The notes: a model not told the origin generated them from the sequence alone. A stretch of 32,000 nucleotides of DNA from Paraburkholderia dipogonis (GCF_046027395.1 NZ_JAQQEG010000025.1:67601-99600); one strand, 5' to 3'. Counted from the stretch's first letter, positions 12,793 to 21,506 are shown. Numbers and translations: made by a program.

Positions 12793-13045
12793 TTGACCCG
12801 ATGAAAAGGCAATATCGACCTGAATCACTTGGCGGAGAGTCTTGAACGCTACCGTACAGACGTTCCCTCTGTGCCGTGAGACGCTGTCGCTTCCTACGTG
12901 CATCCGGCAATCGCGAGTCGCCCGAGCGGGTTTGCGGACCCGTTGCAGTTGGCAGAGCCCCCCCCGGTCCTTGTTAGGAGCGGGCGCCAAACACCACTGG
13001 ATTTCTCGGGCTGACCGCGATCCGGAAGTCAAAAGAGGAAGCATC

Positions 13046-13438
13046 ATGTCGGCGCAGAGAATCTCCTACCGGCGGTATCTGGATATTTCCTGTAAGCGTC
13101 GCTCAGCCGTGAGCGATCGAGATATGAACCGCCCTCGCCGGCGAGCCGCCATCGCTTTTTCAGACAACGTTCCGCTGACCCACGGCCATTTCGACCTGTC
13201 GCAGAGCAGGGTCGAAATTTTGTTGACGATTGCGCACGAGCTGTTCAATCGTTTGACCCCACTGCGACTCGCGGTTCAAACCCTCCGCACGGCATCTCCG
13301 GATCAGCCAGAGATACTCGGGGCGATTGACACGATTGACCGGGAGATTACCAGGATCGCGAGCCTAGCAGAGGATTTGATGGGCCACGTCTTTTCAGGCG
13401 AAAGGTTTGCCGACGTAAACGCACCACGCCAGGGCTGA
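13046..13438 (+). CDS. small DHp(HisKA)-like protein lacking an ATPase domain
   Basis: Strong RBS AAGAGGAA 5 nt before the ATG at 13046. The 130-aa product has an H-box-like helix LLTIAHELFNRLTPLRLAVQTL and a second helix LGAIDTIDREITRIASLAEDLM. No N/G boxes follow. Confidence 0.5.
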   Translation: MSAQRISYRRYLDISCKRRSAVSDRDMNRPRRRAAIAFSDNVPLTHGHFDLSQSRVEILLTIAHELFNRLTPLRLAVQTLRTASPDQPEILGAIDTIDREITRIASLAEDLMGHVFSGERFADVNAPRQG

Positions 13439-13569
13439 CGGTCGGGGCAATGCGCAGCGACATTCTTGCCGTTTGTTCGACGCGCTCACACGGCTTCGTT
13501 ACGTGATCCTGTCAAGACGACGCCTACGCATGCCGTGCGGTGCGGATCAGATGCCTGGGAGCGAAACAC

Positions 13570-14289
13570 ATGACGAACGAACATCGTGCCAAAGAGAATC
13601 ACTTGCTCAGTGTTCTTCCGGACGCAGAATGGGCGCGTCTGGCAGCGCACCTGGTCCCTGTCAATATGCCCCTGGGGCAGGTTGTGTATGAGTCTGACGC
13701 AAACGTGGAGAACGTCTATTTTCCGAGGACGGCAGTTGTATCGATGCTGCACCTGATGCATGACGGAACGCCCGCAGAAATTGCGATCGTGGGTAACGAA
13801 GGACTCGTTGGGATCGCGCTTTTTATGGGTGGAGAGACGATGCCAAACAGGGCCATCGTGCAAAGCGCCGGGCAGGCATATCGCCTGGATGCCCGAATCC
13901 TGAAGGAGGAATTCGACAGAGCTGGTCCGGTGCAGCGGCTATTGCTACGCTATACCCAGGCATTGATCACGCAGATGGCCCAGACGGTCGTTTGCAACCA
14001 GCATCACTCGATGGACCAGCAAATGTGCAGATGGCTGCTGCTCAGTGTCGACCGCCTACCGCTGGACGAACAGAAAATGACGGTTGAACTGATTGCGAAC
14101 ATGCTTGGGATCCCAAGGGCCGGCATGACCGAAGTGGCAATGAAGCTGCAGGATGCCGGGTTGGTACGATGCAGCGGTAATCATGTTGAGGTGCTGGATC
14201 GGCCGGGACTCGAAAAGCGCGCGTGCGAATGCTATGGCGTGGTGAAACGGGAGTTCGACCGACTGTTGCCCGATATACAGGCGATATAA
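13570..14289 (+). CDS. Crp/Fnr family transcriptional regulator
   Basis: MTNEHRAKENHLLSVLPDAEWARLAAHLVPVNMPLGQVVYE...VYFPRTAVVS is a cNMP-binding-like barrel. The C-terminal HTH is ELIANMLGIPRAGMTEVAMKLQDAGLV. A GGGAG motif lies upstream of the ATG at 13570. Confidence 0.85.
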   Translation: MTNEHRAKENHLLSVLPDAEWARLAAHLVPVNMPLGQVVYESDANVENVYFPRTAVVSMLHLMHDGTPAEIAIVGNEGLVGIALFMGGETMPNRAIVQSAGQAYRLDARILKEEFDRAGPVQRLLLRYTQALITQMAQTVVCNQHHSMDQQMCRWLLLSVDRLPLDEQKMTVELIANMLGIPRAGMTEVAMKLQDAGLVRCSGNHVEVLDRPGLEKRACECYGVVKREFDRLLPDIQAI

Positions 14290-14772
14290 AGGTTCTGGCC
14301 TGGTTCGCCTGATGTTGGCGTTACTCGCTGCGGTCTGTCGCTGGGCGCGGATCGTTCGAGCGAGTATCCAGAGTGGCCGAGCCGCAGAGCGTCGCATTTT
14401 GATCTGCGAGCGTCTCATACTAGCGTGAGATCGGACGACCGTGACGGTAGGCTGGCTGAAGTGGGTCGATAGTTGCCCGATACTCCACACATGCCCATGA
14501 TGTTCGCTTCTCGCAACGCAACATGCTTGTGAACATCAACCGCTGAATCCGGATACCCGGAAAATAGCAGCGTAGCTAACATTTCCCCTACGGCAAACCA
14601 GACGTGCAGCCATGCGCTTGGCCGGTCTGTTCGATACCTGCGCAACTCTGCATTCAAGCAACCCGCCAGAACGCCGTTAATCACATGCAGTCGGTTCGAC
14701 CGACGACCATCTGAATGCGCATACATCACTTCTGGCGTTCTTCCTTGCCCCAACATCCACCCAACACATTAA

Positions 14773-15405
14773 ATGGCATCCAACACGTCAACAGATAATC
14801 GCGAATCACACAACGAATCGGCATGCGAGGCAATGGCCTTCCAAGTGCTCAATCAACTGTCGGAGATGTACGAAAGCCTCGGCATCGATAAGACTGCTGC
14901 GGATTTCAAGCCGGACATCATCGATCAGCTCGTGGCAGCGGAAGCCGACCCGAACGACATTGAAGACGGCTTTGCCGACCGCGATGTCAGCAACCTAGAC
15001 ATGATGCACCTCTCGTGTGCGTATGCTCTTGGCGCGCTCGCGTCATTGGCCGAGGCAAACCGCGAAAATTCCTGGCTTGGGATCGCTCACGCACAGTATT
15101 GGATGGGCGTTGCATTTGGCATCGGATTCATGAAAGCCTTTCGCAAGCAAGCACTGTCTGAACGAGGCTCGGCAGGTGGACTTGCTCGTAGCGCCAAGTT
15201 CGAGCCGTTAAGGCAGCATGCCCGAAAACTTGCTTCGGAGGGCAACTACAACTCCAGGCTCCATGCTGCCATGAAGTTGGAAAAGGAAGTTATCGCCGAA
15301 GCGAAGCGCTTGGAGATTGAGGTAAAGAGCGAGACGCTCTACCGCAGAATCTATGACTGGCTGAAGGGCATGACCTTCAAACGCCATCAAGGCAAGAAAA
15401 ATTAG
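14773..15405 (+). CDS. hypothetical protein
   Basis: 210-aa ORF with protein-like composition (acidic N-terminal half, basic helical C-terminal half). No clear SD, so the start is uncertain. I recognised no family. Confidence 0.5.
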   Translation: MASNTSTDNRESHNESACEAMAFQVLNQLSEMYESLGIDKTAADFKPDIIDQLVAAEADPNDIEDGFADRDVSNLDMMHLSCAYALGALASLAEANRENSWLGIAHAQYWMGVAFGIGFMKAFRKQALSERGSAGGLARSAKFEPLRQHARKLASEGNYNSRLHAAMKLEKEVIAEAKRLEIEVKSETLYRRIYDWLKGMTFKRHQGKKN

Positions 15406-15539
15406 CCACTTGCTTGCCAAACGGAAGCGAACTTTTACCGTTTGGCAAGTACGCGGATATCATCGAAAACCGCTCCGCAATAAAGTAGAACCGTCGATTC
15501 ACTGATCGGCAAATTCCTCAACTTTACAGGAGCATTTTC

Positions 15540-16364
15540 ATGAGCGACACGACGCAACAGACCGAAATCATCCGCCTCGCGGAGTATCAATCGCCGGTAC
15601 CTCTGGCGCAAACGATCACGGCACTCGAGACCCGATTCACGGGCGCGCACAACGCATTGCACGAAACCCTCCGCGACATCTACGGCACCCACCTTGCCTA
15701 CATCGTGAACGCGGCGCCAGAAGAACGCGAAAAGAATCGCGCAATTCTGGACGAGGCGTGCAAAGCTAAGCAAATCGGTACGAACGACCAGACTACCGAC
15801 CTGCACAAACTCGTCAAGCTGGTTGTCACCGTGAGCCCGCAACTCACGTCCGGATACGTGCATGTCTTCTCTGTCGCGCAAGCACTGAAAAAGACCCCGG
15901 GTGAATTCCTCAAGTGGCTCAAGGAAGCAGGTGGCATCGAAGCCGTGCGCAAGAAGTTTCTCGCGGACGGGGAGATTAACCTCAAGTACGTCTCCGGCTC
16001 GAAGCGCGAAAAGAACCGCTCGGACAAGGTTGCCAGCGCCCGTGATGCCCTGCAAGCGACACGTTGCATTATCGACGCGCCTGCACTCGCGGACGCGGAT
16101 CTTGATCCAGTGGAGAAGCCGACTGAGTACGTCGCCATCGTTGTGCGTAACCCGGACGGCAGCATCGATATCAAGGGGTTCGTCTCCAGCAAGAGCCTGA
16201 TCGATTCCGCATACTTGGAGCATGCCGCCGAACAGACTCAAAAGACTACGTCCGATACCAGCGGAACACCCGCTGCAACGGTAGCACAGGCTGTCACCCA
16301 ACCTCCGGCCAAGGTGCCCGCCGAAGACCTCACAACCATCGCGGACGCACTGATCGCTGTTTAA
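15540..16364 (+). CDS. hypothetical protein
   Basis: 274-aa ORF preceded by an AGGAG RBS. The overlapping antisense ORF (15435..16301) is Arg/Cys/Leu-rich and looks spurious. Confidence 0.6.
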   Translation: MSDTTQQTEIIRLAEYQSPVPLAQTITALETRFTGAHNALHETLRDIYGTHLAYIVNAAPEEREKNRAILDEACKAKQIGTNDQTTDLHKLVKLVVTVSPQLTSGYVHVFSVAQALKKTPGEFLKWLKEAGGIEAVRKKFLADGEINLKYVSGSKREKNRSDKVASARDALQATRCIIDAPALADADLDPVEKPTEYVAIVVRNPDGSIDIKGFVSSKSLIDSAYLEHAAEQTQKTTSDTSGTPAATVAQAVTQPPAKVPAEDLTTIADALIAV

Positions 16365-16417
16365 TCCATCCGGTGGTCAGGATGACCTTGACCACCATTT
16401 ACATAGGAATACGAAAT

Positions 16418-17119
16418 ATGAATCTCAACACCATGATCTATCCGTCTGCTTCCGCAGAATCCACAATCCGTATGCTCATCACACCCGGGCACTCATTTCC
16501 GGGCACGAAGCGGAACGGCATCATCCTCCACGGCCCGTTCGGTACAGGGAAGTCGAGCTGCGCAAAGCTCCTGCCTGCTGACATCGAAGCCAAATACTCG
16601 ACGCAGAAGCCGAACGTGCGTCACGAAAACTGTATGGCCGGAAACAACGGCGTCGGCCTGATCGAGTCCATCGATAAACAGAGCAAAGGCTACCCTCTAA
16701 GCGGGAGCTTTCACTACGTCATTCTTGACGAGGCCGACAATCTGACAGCGGACGCGATGAAACAGCTTAAATGCGTCATGAATTCGGTTGACGCAAACGG
16801 CCTGTTTACTACGGCCTTCATCATGACGACAAATCACCTCAACCGTATTGACGCGGGCGTAAGATCGAGAAGCCACTGCATTCCGTTCGCGCCGGAAAGC
16901 ACGGACGTCTGGATTCCACTTGTCCGAAATCTGCTCGACGAACACGGCGTACCGAATGTCAGCAGAATCACCGACAGCTACATTCGAACCAATGTCATCG
17001 CCAAGGGCAACGATCCCCGCTCCATTCTCGCAAACAGCGAGATCGTAGCGATACAGCTAAAAGCCGCGATTGTCCAACGTCAAGCGCAAGTGCAGGCTCC
17101 CGCGCCCAGGACGCCGTAA
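16418..17119 (+). CDS. clamp-loader (RFC/DnaX)-like AAA+ ATPase
   Basis: Walker A LHGPFGTGKSS. Walker B VILDEADNLT followed by AMKQLKCVMN. Sensor-1 FIMTTNHLNRI. SRC-like box GVRSRSHCIPF. I chose the ATG at 16418 (AGGAA upstream) over the track start at 16373. Confidence 0.75.
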   Translation: MNLNTMIYPSASAESTIRMLITPGHSFPGTKRNGIILHGPFGTGKSSCAKLLPADIEAKYSTQKPNVRHENCMAGNNGVGLIESIDKQSKGYPLSGSFHYVILDEADNLTADAMKQLKCVMNSVDANGLFTTAFIMTTNHLNRIDAGVRSRSHCIPFAPESTDVWIPLVRNLLDEHGVPNVSRITDSYIRTNVIAKGNDPRSILANSEIVAIQLKAAIVQRQAQVQAPAPRTP

Positions 17120-17348
17120 GCCAGTACCAGGCCTGTCCCGGCATTACTTTGATTGGACAGGCCTGTACGCCCAGCGATAGGTTTGACCTAGCACATGGAT
17201 CAAGCGACGATCCGCCTGAGTCCACCGCATCAACCTTTTCTTGATGATCCAGTAACCCCTCGCTACCCTCCTTATATCGATGCGTCATGCATCTGGCATC
17301 GTTGAAGTCAACGCAGATATAAGATCAACATCCACAGCTTGGAGTTAC

Positions 17349-17783
17349 ATGTTCGCGATCACACGCTTTCACAATTTCATGTCGCTGTACCAAGGCCGGT
17401 ATGCAACCGCCCTCGCGAAAACGCTCAATACTTCCGTATTCGCGGCGAAGGCGCTGGACATCGGGCTTTCCACTGGCGAAATCTCGCTCGACAAGTTGCA
17501 CCCGCTGCTCGGGTGCAGTCGCGGTCAGGCAGTCGGCGCTGCGTTCGACCTACACGAGCAAGGTCTAGCCGAGGACATCGAGTCCACGAAAAATCGGAAC
17601 GGCGAGTATTTCCTCGTTCCCATCGATCAGCGATGCCAAGCCGCTCGGCTATATCGTGCCAAACTGGAGAAACTCAGCCGAGATATGGGCCTGTACGATG
17701 TCCTTGAGAAAGCGTTGCCATCCTTGCAGGTGATTTTCATGGAAGCGCTAACTGCAATGGAGGCCAAACGTATCGGGCATTGA
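17349..17783 (+). CDS. hypothetical protein, possible winged-helix
   Basis: GGAG lies just upstream of the ATG at 17349. The segment LDKLHPLLGCSRGQAVGAAFDLHEQGLAEDIESTKNRNGEYFLVP resembles an HTH plus wing. This is a weak assignment. Confidence 0.45.
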   Translation: MFAITRFHNFMSLYQGRYATALAKTLNTSVFAAKALDIGLSTGEISLDKLHPLLGCSRGQAVGAAFDLHEQGLAEDIESTKNRNGEYFLVPIDQRCQAARLYRAKLEKLSRDMGLYDVLEKALPSLQVIFMEALTAMEAKRIGH

Positions 17784-17970
17784 CACCCGGCTCACCAACG
17801 CGAGCGCTCAACGTTCAAGGCGGAAGCTATTCCGAGCCGTCGCTCGTAGGTCACACGCCGCCGATCGTATAGGGCAGTAGTCGGCCAGGGCGCGACCTTC
17901 CTCGGATGCGGCGTCCGGACGTTCACATGACCGCTCCAGAACAGCAAGCGGTCATACATCCCGGACGATA

Positions 17971-18357
17971 TCACTCACCAGAGCCTCCGCCGTTCTTCCC
18001 CTCCGGACCCATTCCGTCGCCCACTCTCGGACGGCCCCCATCCCGCTCATCGTTCGGGTCGATGCCCTTCGCCAGCAGCGCGTCCATATTTTCAATCTGG
18101 CGATGCGCACCTTCGATCGAGTCAGTCGGAAACGTCCCACAGCTATAGCGACGCTCCTTACCAGCCCACCTCCCCTCTGTGTGTGGAGAGACGTAAGAAA
18201 TAGACATCCGCGCAGTTGCTCGGTCGCCCAGCAGGACTCGCCGCTCAAACTCAAGACCGAACTTGTCGAGAAGGTGATTGGCCCCTTTCTGATCGGCCAA
18301 CCAGTCGTAAATGTCCGAGTCGGAATAGAGAATCGTTCCGCGTTTTCGCTCTGCCAT
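17971..18357 (-). pseudogene. truncated integrase: Arm DNA-binding (DUF4102-like) N-terminal fragment only
   Basis: AAGGAG RBS and ATG at 18357. ...RMSISYVSPHTEGRWAGKERRYSCGTFPTDSIEGAHRQIENMDALLAKGIDPNDER matches the W..RYR..GK....LG.YP..S...AR.....LL..GIDP pattern of P4-type integrase arm domains. It then runs into a Gly-rich tail and a stop, and no catalytic domain follows in any frame. Confidence 0.55.
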
Positions 18358-18878
18358 AAACCAAAATCTCCTTATTACAAAGAAACTCCAGATTGATCGC
18401 AAGTCGTCAGGATTCCCCCACACCAACTGCGAGCAGGGTGGAGGGGAATTATCCTATCGATTTACAGATTTGTAACTTAAGTGCAACTCTATCGCGCGCA
18501 CATCTTCCAGCGCTACCGCGTCCACCGCGCCTCCGCCAGTTCCGCGCCGAAGATGCGATTGAAGTTCGCAGACACGACCACGCGCGCTCGATCACCAAGC
18601 CGGCACACGCGCATGTCGCCGTTCACGGGGTTTTGCTGGCGTCTCCGAAAACGACTTCGAACACCGGCTCCAGATCGTCTCCGTGCACCAGTACACAAAC
18701 TCGCGACTGTCATCACTGGTCGGCGTCTTGCCTTCACAACTCCCGATGCGTCGCGGAAAGTGCTGACGCCGGATTTCAAGCGCTCGCGTTTCGGACCCTA
18801 ATAGACCTTTCGGTTATCATTTGTGGCTGCCCGGGCCGTGGCGGCGTTGATCCAAAAATCAAAAAAAAGGGTGAGATT

Positions 18879-19763
18879 GTGAGAGCAGTCGTTATTAGCG
18901 CGTTAAACATTGTGATGCCGGTGCCGCATAGTCCTGAACGCTACGTTGAAATGTTCAGGAAGGCATACCGAACCAAGCGGGTGGTCAAAATCCGCGGCCA
19001 GTTTGCTGGAATATTGGGGGCCTTCGACGGTCGAGAGGAAGACGGCTTCTACTACGGGGAAGTTTACAAATTTTACGATTTGAAGCTTACGGGCAAGTGG
19101 CTGAACATGCTCCAGCAAGCGCCAGCGGAAGAGCAGGATCTGGCGGACCTCAAGGTCCCGGAACATTTGAAGCCCGGATTGGAGGCATTCCCGTTCCTTT
19201 TTCATGCGCCAACGCACAGGCTGTTTTTCATTAGTCGCGAGACCAATGAACACCTTGGGCCGGTCGACGCGGGAAGATATTTTCGGGAGCTGTTGAATCA
19301 GCCTCGACTCGTCGACCAGTACGGGCAAGTAAACGTTACGGTCATACCCGATGCCGATTCACTTGAACGGATCCTTGGTCTGCCGGATCTCAGAAAGTTG
19401 CACATCGTCATCACCCCGCCGAACCCTGATGACTGGCACGATCTTGAGCAGGAAATCAGAGACCGTTTGGCGGAGCAAAATGCGGCCACAATGGTAACGG
19501 TCCTCGTTGCAGAAAAAGGTGAATCTCTTGTTCCGAATGGTCCGACGCGCATGCTCTCCGAAGTAGCGCAAAGCAATGGCTACGTCGAGGCCAGGGGAGC
19601 CGTCGAAGGCGGGAAGGTTTCGACATTTTCGACAAAGCAACATCCCATGCTCGCCCCGTCGCAGTACGATCCGGACGTAGAAACAGTTCGGACGGCTCTG
19701 CTAAACGTTGCGGAGACACATCTCGCCCGAATTAGACGACCACGGCCGGCCAACAGAGACTAA
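18879..19763 (+). CDS. hypothetical soluble protein (possibly DUF4747-like; unverified)
   Basis: GTG at 18879 follows AAAAGGGTGAG (alternative ATG at 18915). The 294-aa product has no TM segments. The first 160 codons of the track ORF (from 18393) are an open-frame extension through GC-rich DNA. Confidence 0.7.
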   Translation: MRAVVISALNIVMPVPHSPERYVEMFRKAYRTKRVVKIRGQFAGILGAFDGREEDGFYYGEVYKFYDLKLTGKWLNMLQQAPAEEQDLADLKVPEHLKPGLEAFPFLFHAPTHRLFFISRETNEHLGPVDAGRYFRELLNQPRLVDQYGQVNVTVIPDADSLERILGLPDLRKLHIVITPPNPDDWHDLEQEIRDRLAEQNAATMVTVLVAEKGESLVPNGPTRMLSEVAQSNGYVEARGAVEGGKVSTFSTKQHPMLAPSQYDPDVETVRTALLNVAETHLARIRRPRPANRD

Positions 19764-19766
19764 CTG

Positions 19767-20411
19767 ATGCTACGTGATCTCAAGAGATCGTATAGCGGCG
19801 TCGCAGAGATATTCGCGCGGTATTGGACCGCATACGGAGGGGCAAAGGCTGTATTTTTGTCCCCGTATCTGCACGCGTCGATGGTTCTGACCGCCCTGCT
19901 CGGCCATCTATGGGTGGATGCTGCCTGGTGGGGAGACGCAATTGCCTCTTTGCCAACCATGATCGGGTTTGCGATCGGGGCGTATGCGATCGTGCTCGGA
20001 TTTGGCGACGAGAAGTTCCGCTCGTTGCTTACGCAACGGAGGGATGGGAAAACAAGTCCGTATGTGACGATCAGCGCTTCCCTAGCCCATTTTATAGTCG
20101 TACAGTTGGTCGCGTTAATCGCAGCCTTGATCGGAAAGGGACTGGATTTTGGCCTGCGCGAGGACCAAGGAGTCGGAGCACTAGTATTTCGTGCGGTAGG
20201 TAGCGTCGACTTCGTTCATGAATGGATCGCGCCGATCGGAAATTTCTTGGGGTTTGCGCTATTCATCTATGCCATCCTTACTGCGCTCGCGACCGCGATG
20301 GCAATATTCAGACTGACGACGCTGCTTGAGAGAGAAGCGCCTGCCAGGGGTAGCGCGCGTGAGCGTCCAGCGAATGCGGCGAACGAACCTACAAAGAATG
20401 ACCAGAAGTGA
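19767..20411 (+). CDS. 4-TM integral membrane protein, unknown family
   Basis: The ATG lies 3 nt after the upstream stop (TAACTGATG). There are four hydrophobic spans (AVFLSPYLHASMVLTALLG, LPTMIGFAIGAYAIVLGF, ISASLAHFIVVQLVALIAALIG, IGNFLGFALFIYAILTALATAMAIF) and a charged C-terminal tail. Confidence 0.7.
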   Translation: MLRDLKRSYSGVAEIFARYWTAYGGAKAVFLSPYLHASMVLTALLGHLWVDAAWWGDAIASLPTMIGFAIGAYAIVLGFGDEKFRSLLTQRRDGKTSPYVTISASLAHFIVVQLVALIAALIGKGLDFGLREDQGVGALVFRAVGSVDFVHEWIAPIGNFLGFALFIYAILTALATAMAIFRLTTLLEREAPARGSARERPANAANEPTKNDQK

Positions 20412-20569
20412 TCAATGCAAGACCAGCACGGTTTGATGCGAGCTTGCACACCCCCAACTTCGTTGCAATCGCGCCGCCGCAAGCTGACGTCGAAATACAG
20501 AGCTGGTCGGGAACGTGCTGTTCGGGATCGAGGTTTCAGACGGATCGAATCAGCCAGTCCGACCAGCAA

Positions 20570-21136
20570 TCACACGAGGTCCACGGCTTTGCGCTGCATC
20601 TCGTCATTGACGTCGATATATGCTTGCGTAGTCGAGATGTTGCGGTGCCCGGCGAGCGACATGAGCACGCGAACACCTACGCCTTTGTTCGCCAGATTCG
20701 TGATGAACGAGCGCCGACCTGAATGGCTGCTCGCGCCTTCGATACCTGCTTCCTTGTAGAGCCAGTAGAAGTACTGGCACAGCGTGTTGGCCGTGAAACC
20801 GGCCCGCTTCTGTGTATAGAACAACGGCCTGTCTGGCTGTTTCTTCTTCAAGCTCGCAACATACGCGGCAAGTTCGCGCCGCAGCTTTTGCCCGAGAAAT
20901 ACCGTGCGTGCATGACGGCCCTTGGTCTGCTCAGGAGCAAGTCGAATTTCCGACTTGATCGAGCCATCCGCGTTGACCACGTCCCCAACAAGCAATGCAG
21001 CTACTTCTCCGACCCGCATACCGGCCCAATGCGTCAGTAGCAACATAGCCCGGTTACGTAGCGCATGCCTACGTAGCGAGATATAGGTCAGTACCTGCTT
21101 GAGTTCCTTTTCAGTGAATGTCTTGGCCTGCTTCAT
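20570..21136 (-). CDS. catalytic-domain-only tyrosine recombinase (188 aa)
   Basis: GAGGAA RBS. The full catalytic set appears present: R in WAGMRVGEV, K in TKGRHART, HxxR in HSGRRSF, H in AGHRNISTT, Y in QAYIDV. There is no N-terminal SAM-like/arm domain. Confidence 0.85.
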   Translation of the reverse strand: MKQAKTFTEKELKQVLTYISLRRHALRNRAMLLLTHWAGMRVGEVAALLVGDVVNADGSIKSEIRLAPEQTKGRHARTVFLGQKLRRELAAYVASLKKKQPDRPLFYTQKRAGFTANTLCQYFYWLYKEAGIEGASSHSGRRSFITNLANKGVGVRVLMSLAGHRNISTTQAYIDVNDEMQRKAVDLV

Positions 21137-21151
21137 GTGTTTCCTCTAAAC

Positions 21152-21162
21152 AAATGAATTCC
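21152..21162. repeat. left copy of an 11-bp inverted repeat (AATGAATTCCT)
   Basis: Its exact reverse complement lies at 21507-21517. It sits 16 nt upstream of the recombinase start codon. Confidence 0.5.
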
Positions 21163-21303
21163 TTGTTCCAGAGGATGTATTATTTAGTTATACGAATCAA
21201 TAGAAGAATGACGCGTTGTAGGTATCAGAAGAAACGAACACCTGCGTGAAGAACAAAGGTTTTTGCTATTTGCTTTGGTTTCGTGTTGCGGTCGCGCCGA
21301 ACG

Positions 21304-21318
21304 CATTGGTTAAACCAA
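21304..21318. promoter_or_regulatory. perfect 15-bp palindrome ATTGGTTAAACCAAT in the AT-rich spacer
   Basis: Read directly: ATTGGTT-A-AACCAAT. It lies among five same-orientation GTTCC pentamers (21164, 21356, 21368, 21419, 21449). Confidence 0.4.
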
Positions 21319-21506
21319 TCGACGAGGTATCAGTGATGGCGTATTAGTGACTTTCCGTTCCGCCATGTGTTCCGCGTTCGTATGCAGATCACCTGTCTTC
21401 TATATCTGGACCGTCATCCGTTCCTTGTCTAACTTCCCGTCAGTCGTTGGTTCCTCGTCAGCTACCGTAACTTCTTCGAGGTATTTCTTCACGAAATCTA
21501 TAGCCA

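Noticed and set aside
14415-14756. 113-aa minus-strand ORF in the 480-bp gap after the Crp/Fnr gene
   Set aside because: It has no RBS and no recognisable motif. Its start lies only 16 nt from the divergent start of the 14773 gene, and it overlaps another equally unconvincing ORF (14056..14490). It could still be a decayed gene, so I am not confident enough to call it.
15435-16301. 288-aa minus-strand ORF opposite the 15540..16364 gene
   Set aside because: It is Cys/Arg/Leu-rich with no RBS. The plus-strand ORF has an AGGAG RBS and normal protein composition.
18393-18878. N-terminal 162 codons of the 456-aa track ORF
   Set aside because: The composition is Arg/Pro/Ser/Ala-rich and unlike the rest of the protein. 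GC is much higher than in the downstream gene. A plausible RBS and GTG lie at 18879. I treated this stretch as open non-coding DNA or a decayed remnant.
20501-20566. 9-bp inverted repeat GCTGGTCGG ... CCGACCAGC between the convergent membrane-protein and recombinase genes
   Set aside because: The loop is about 48 nt and there is no flanking U-run, so it is a weak terminator at best and not distinctive enough to report as a feature.
21399-21506. 35-codon acidic ORF (MAIDFVKKYLEEVTVADEEPTTDGKLDKERMTVQI) starting at the inner edge of the right inverted repeat
   Set aside because: It has no Shine-Dalgarno sequence and is very short, so it cannot be distinguished from chance. I mention it only as context for the invertible-segment hypothesis.
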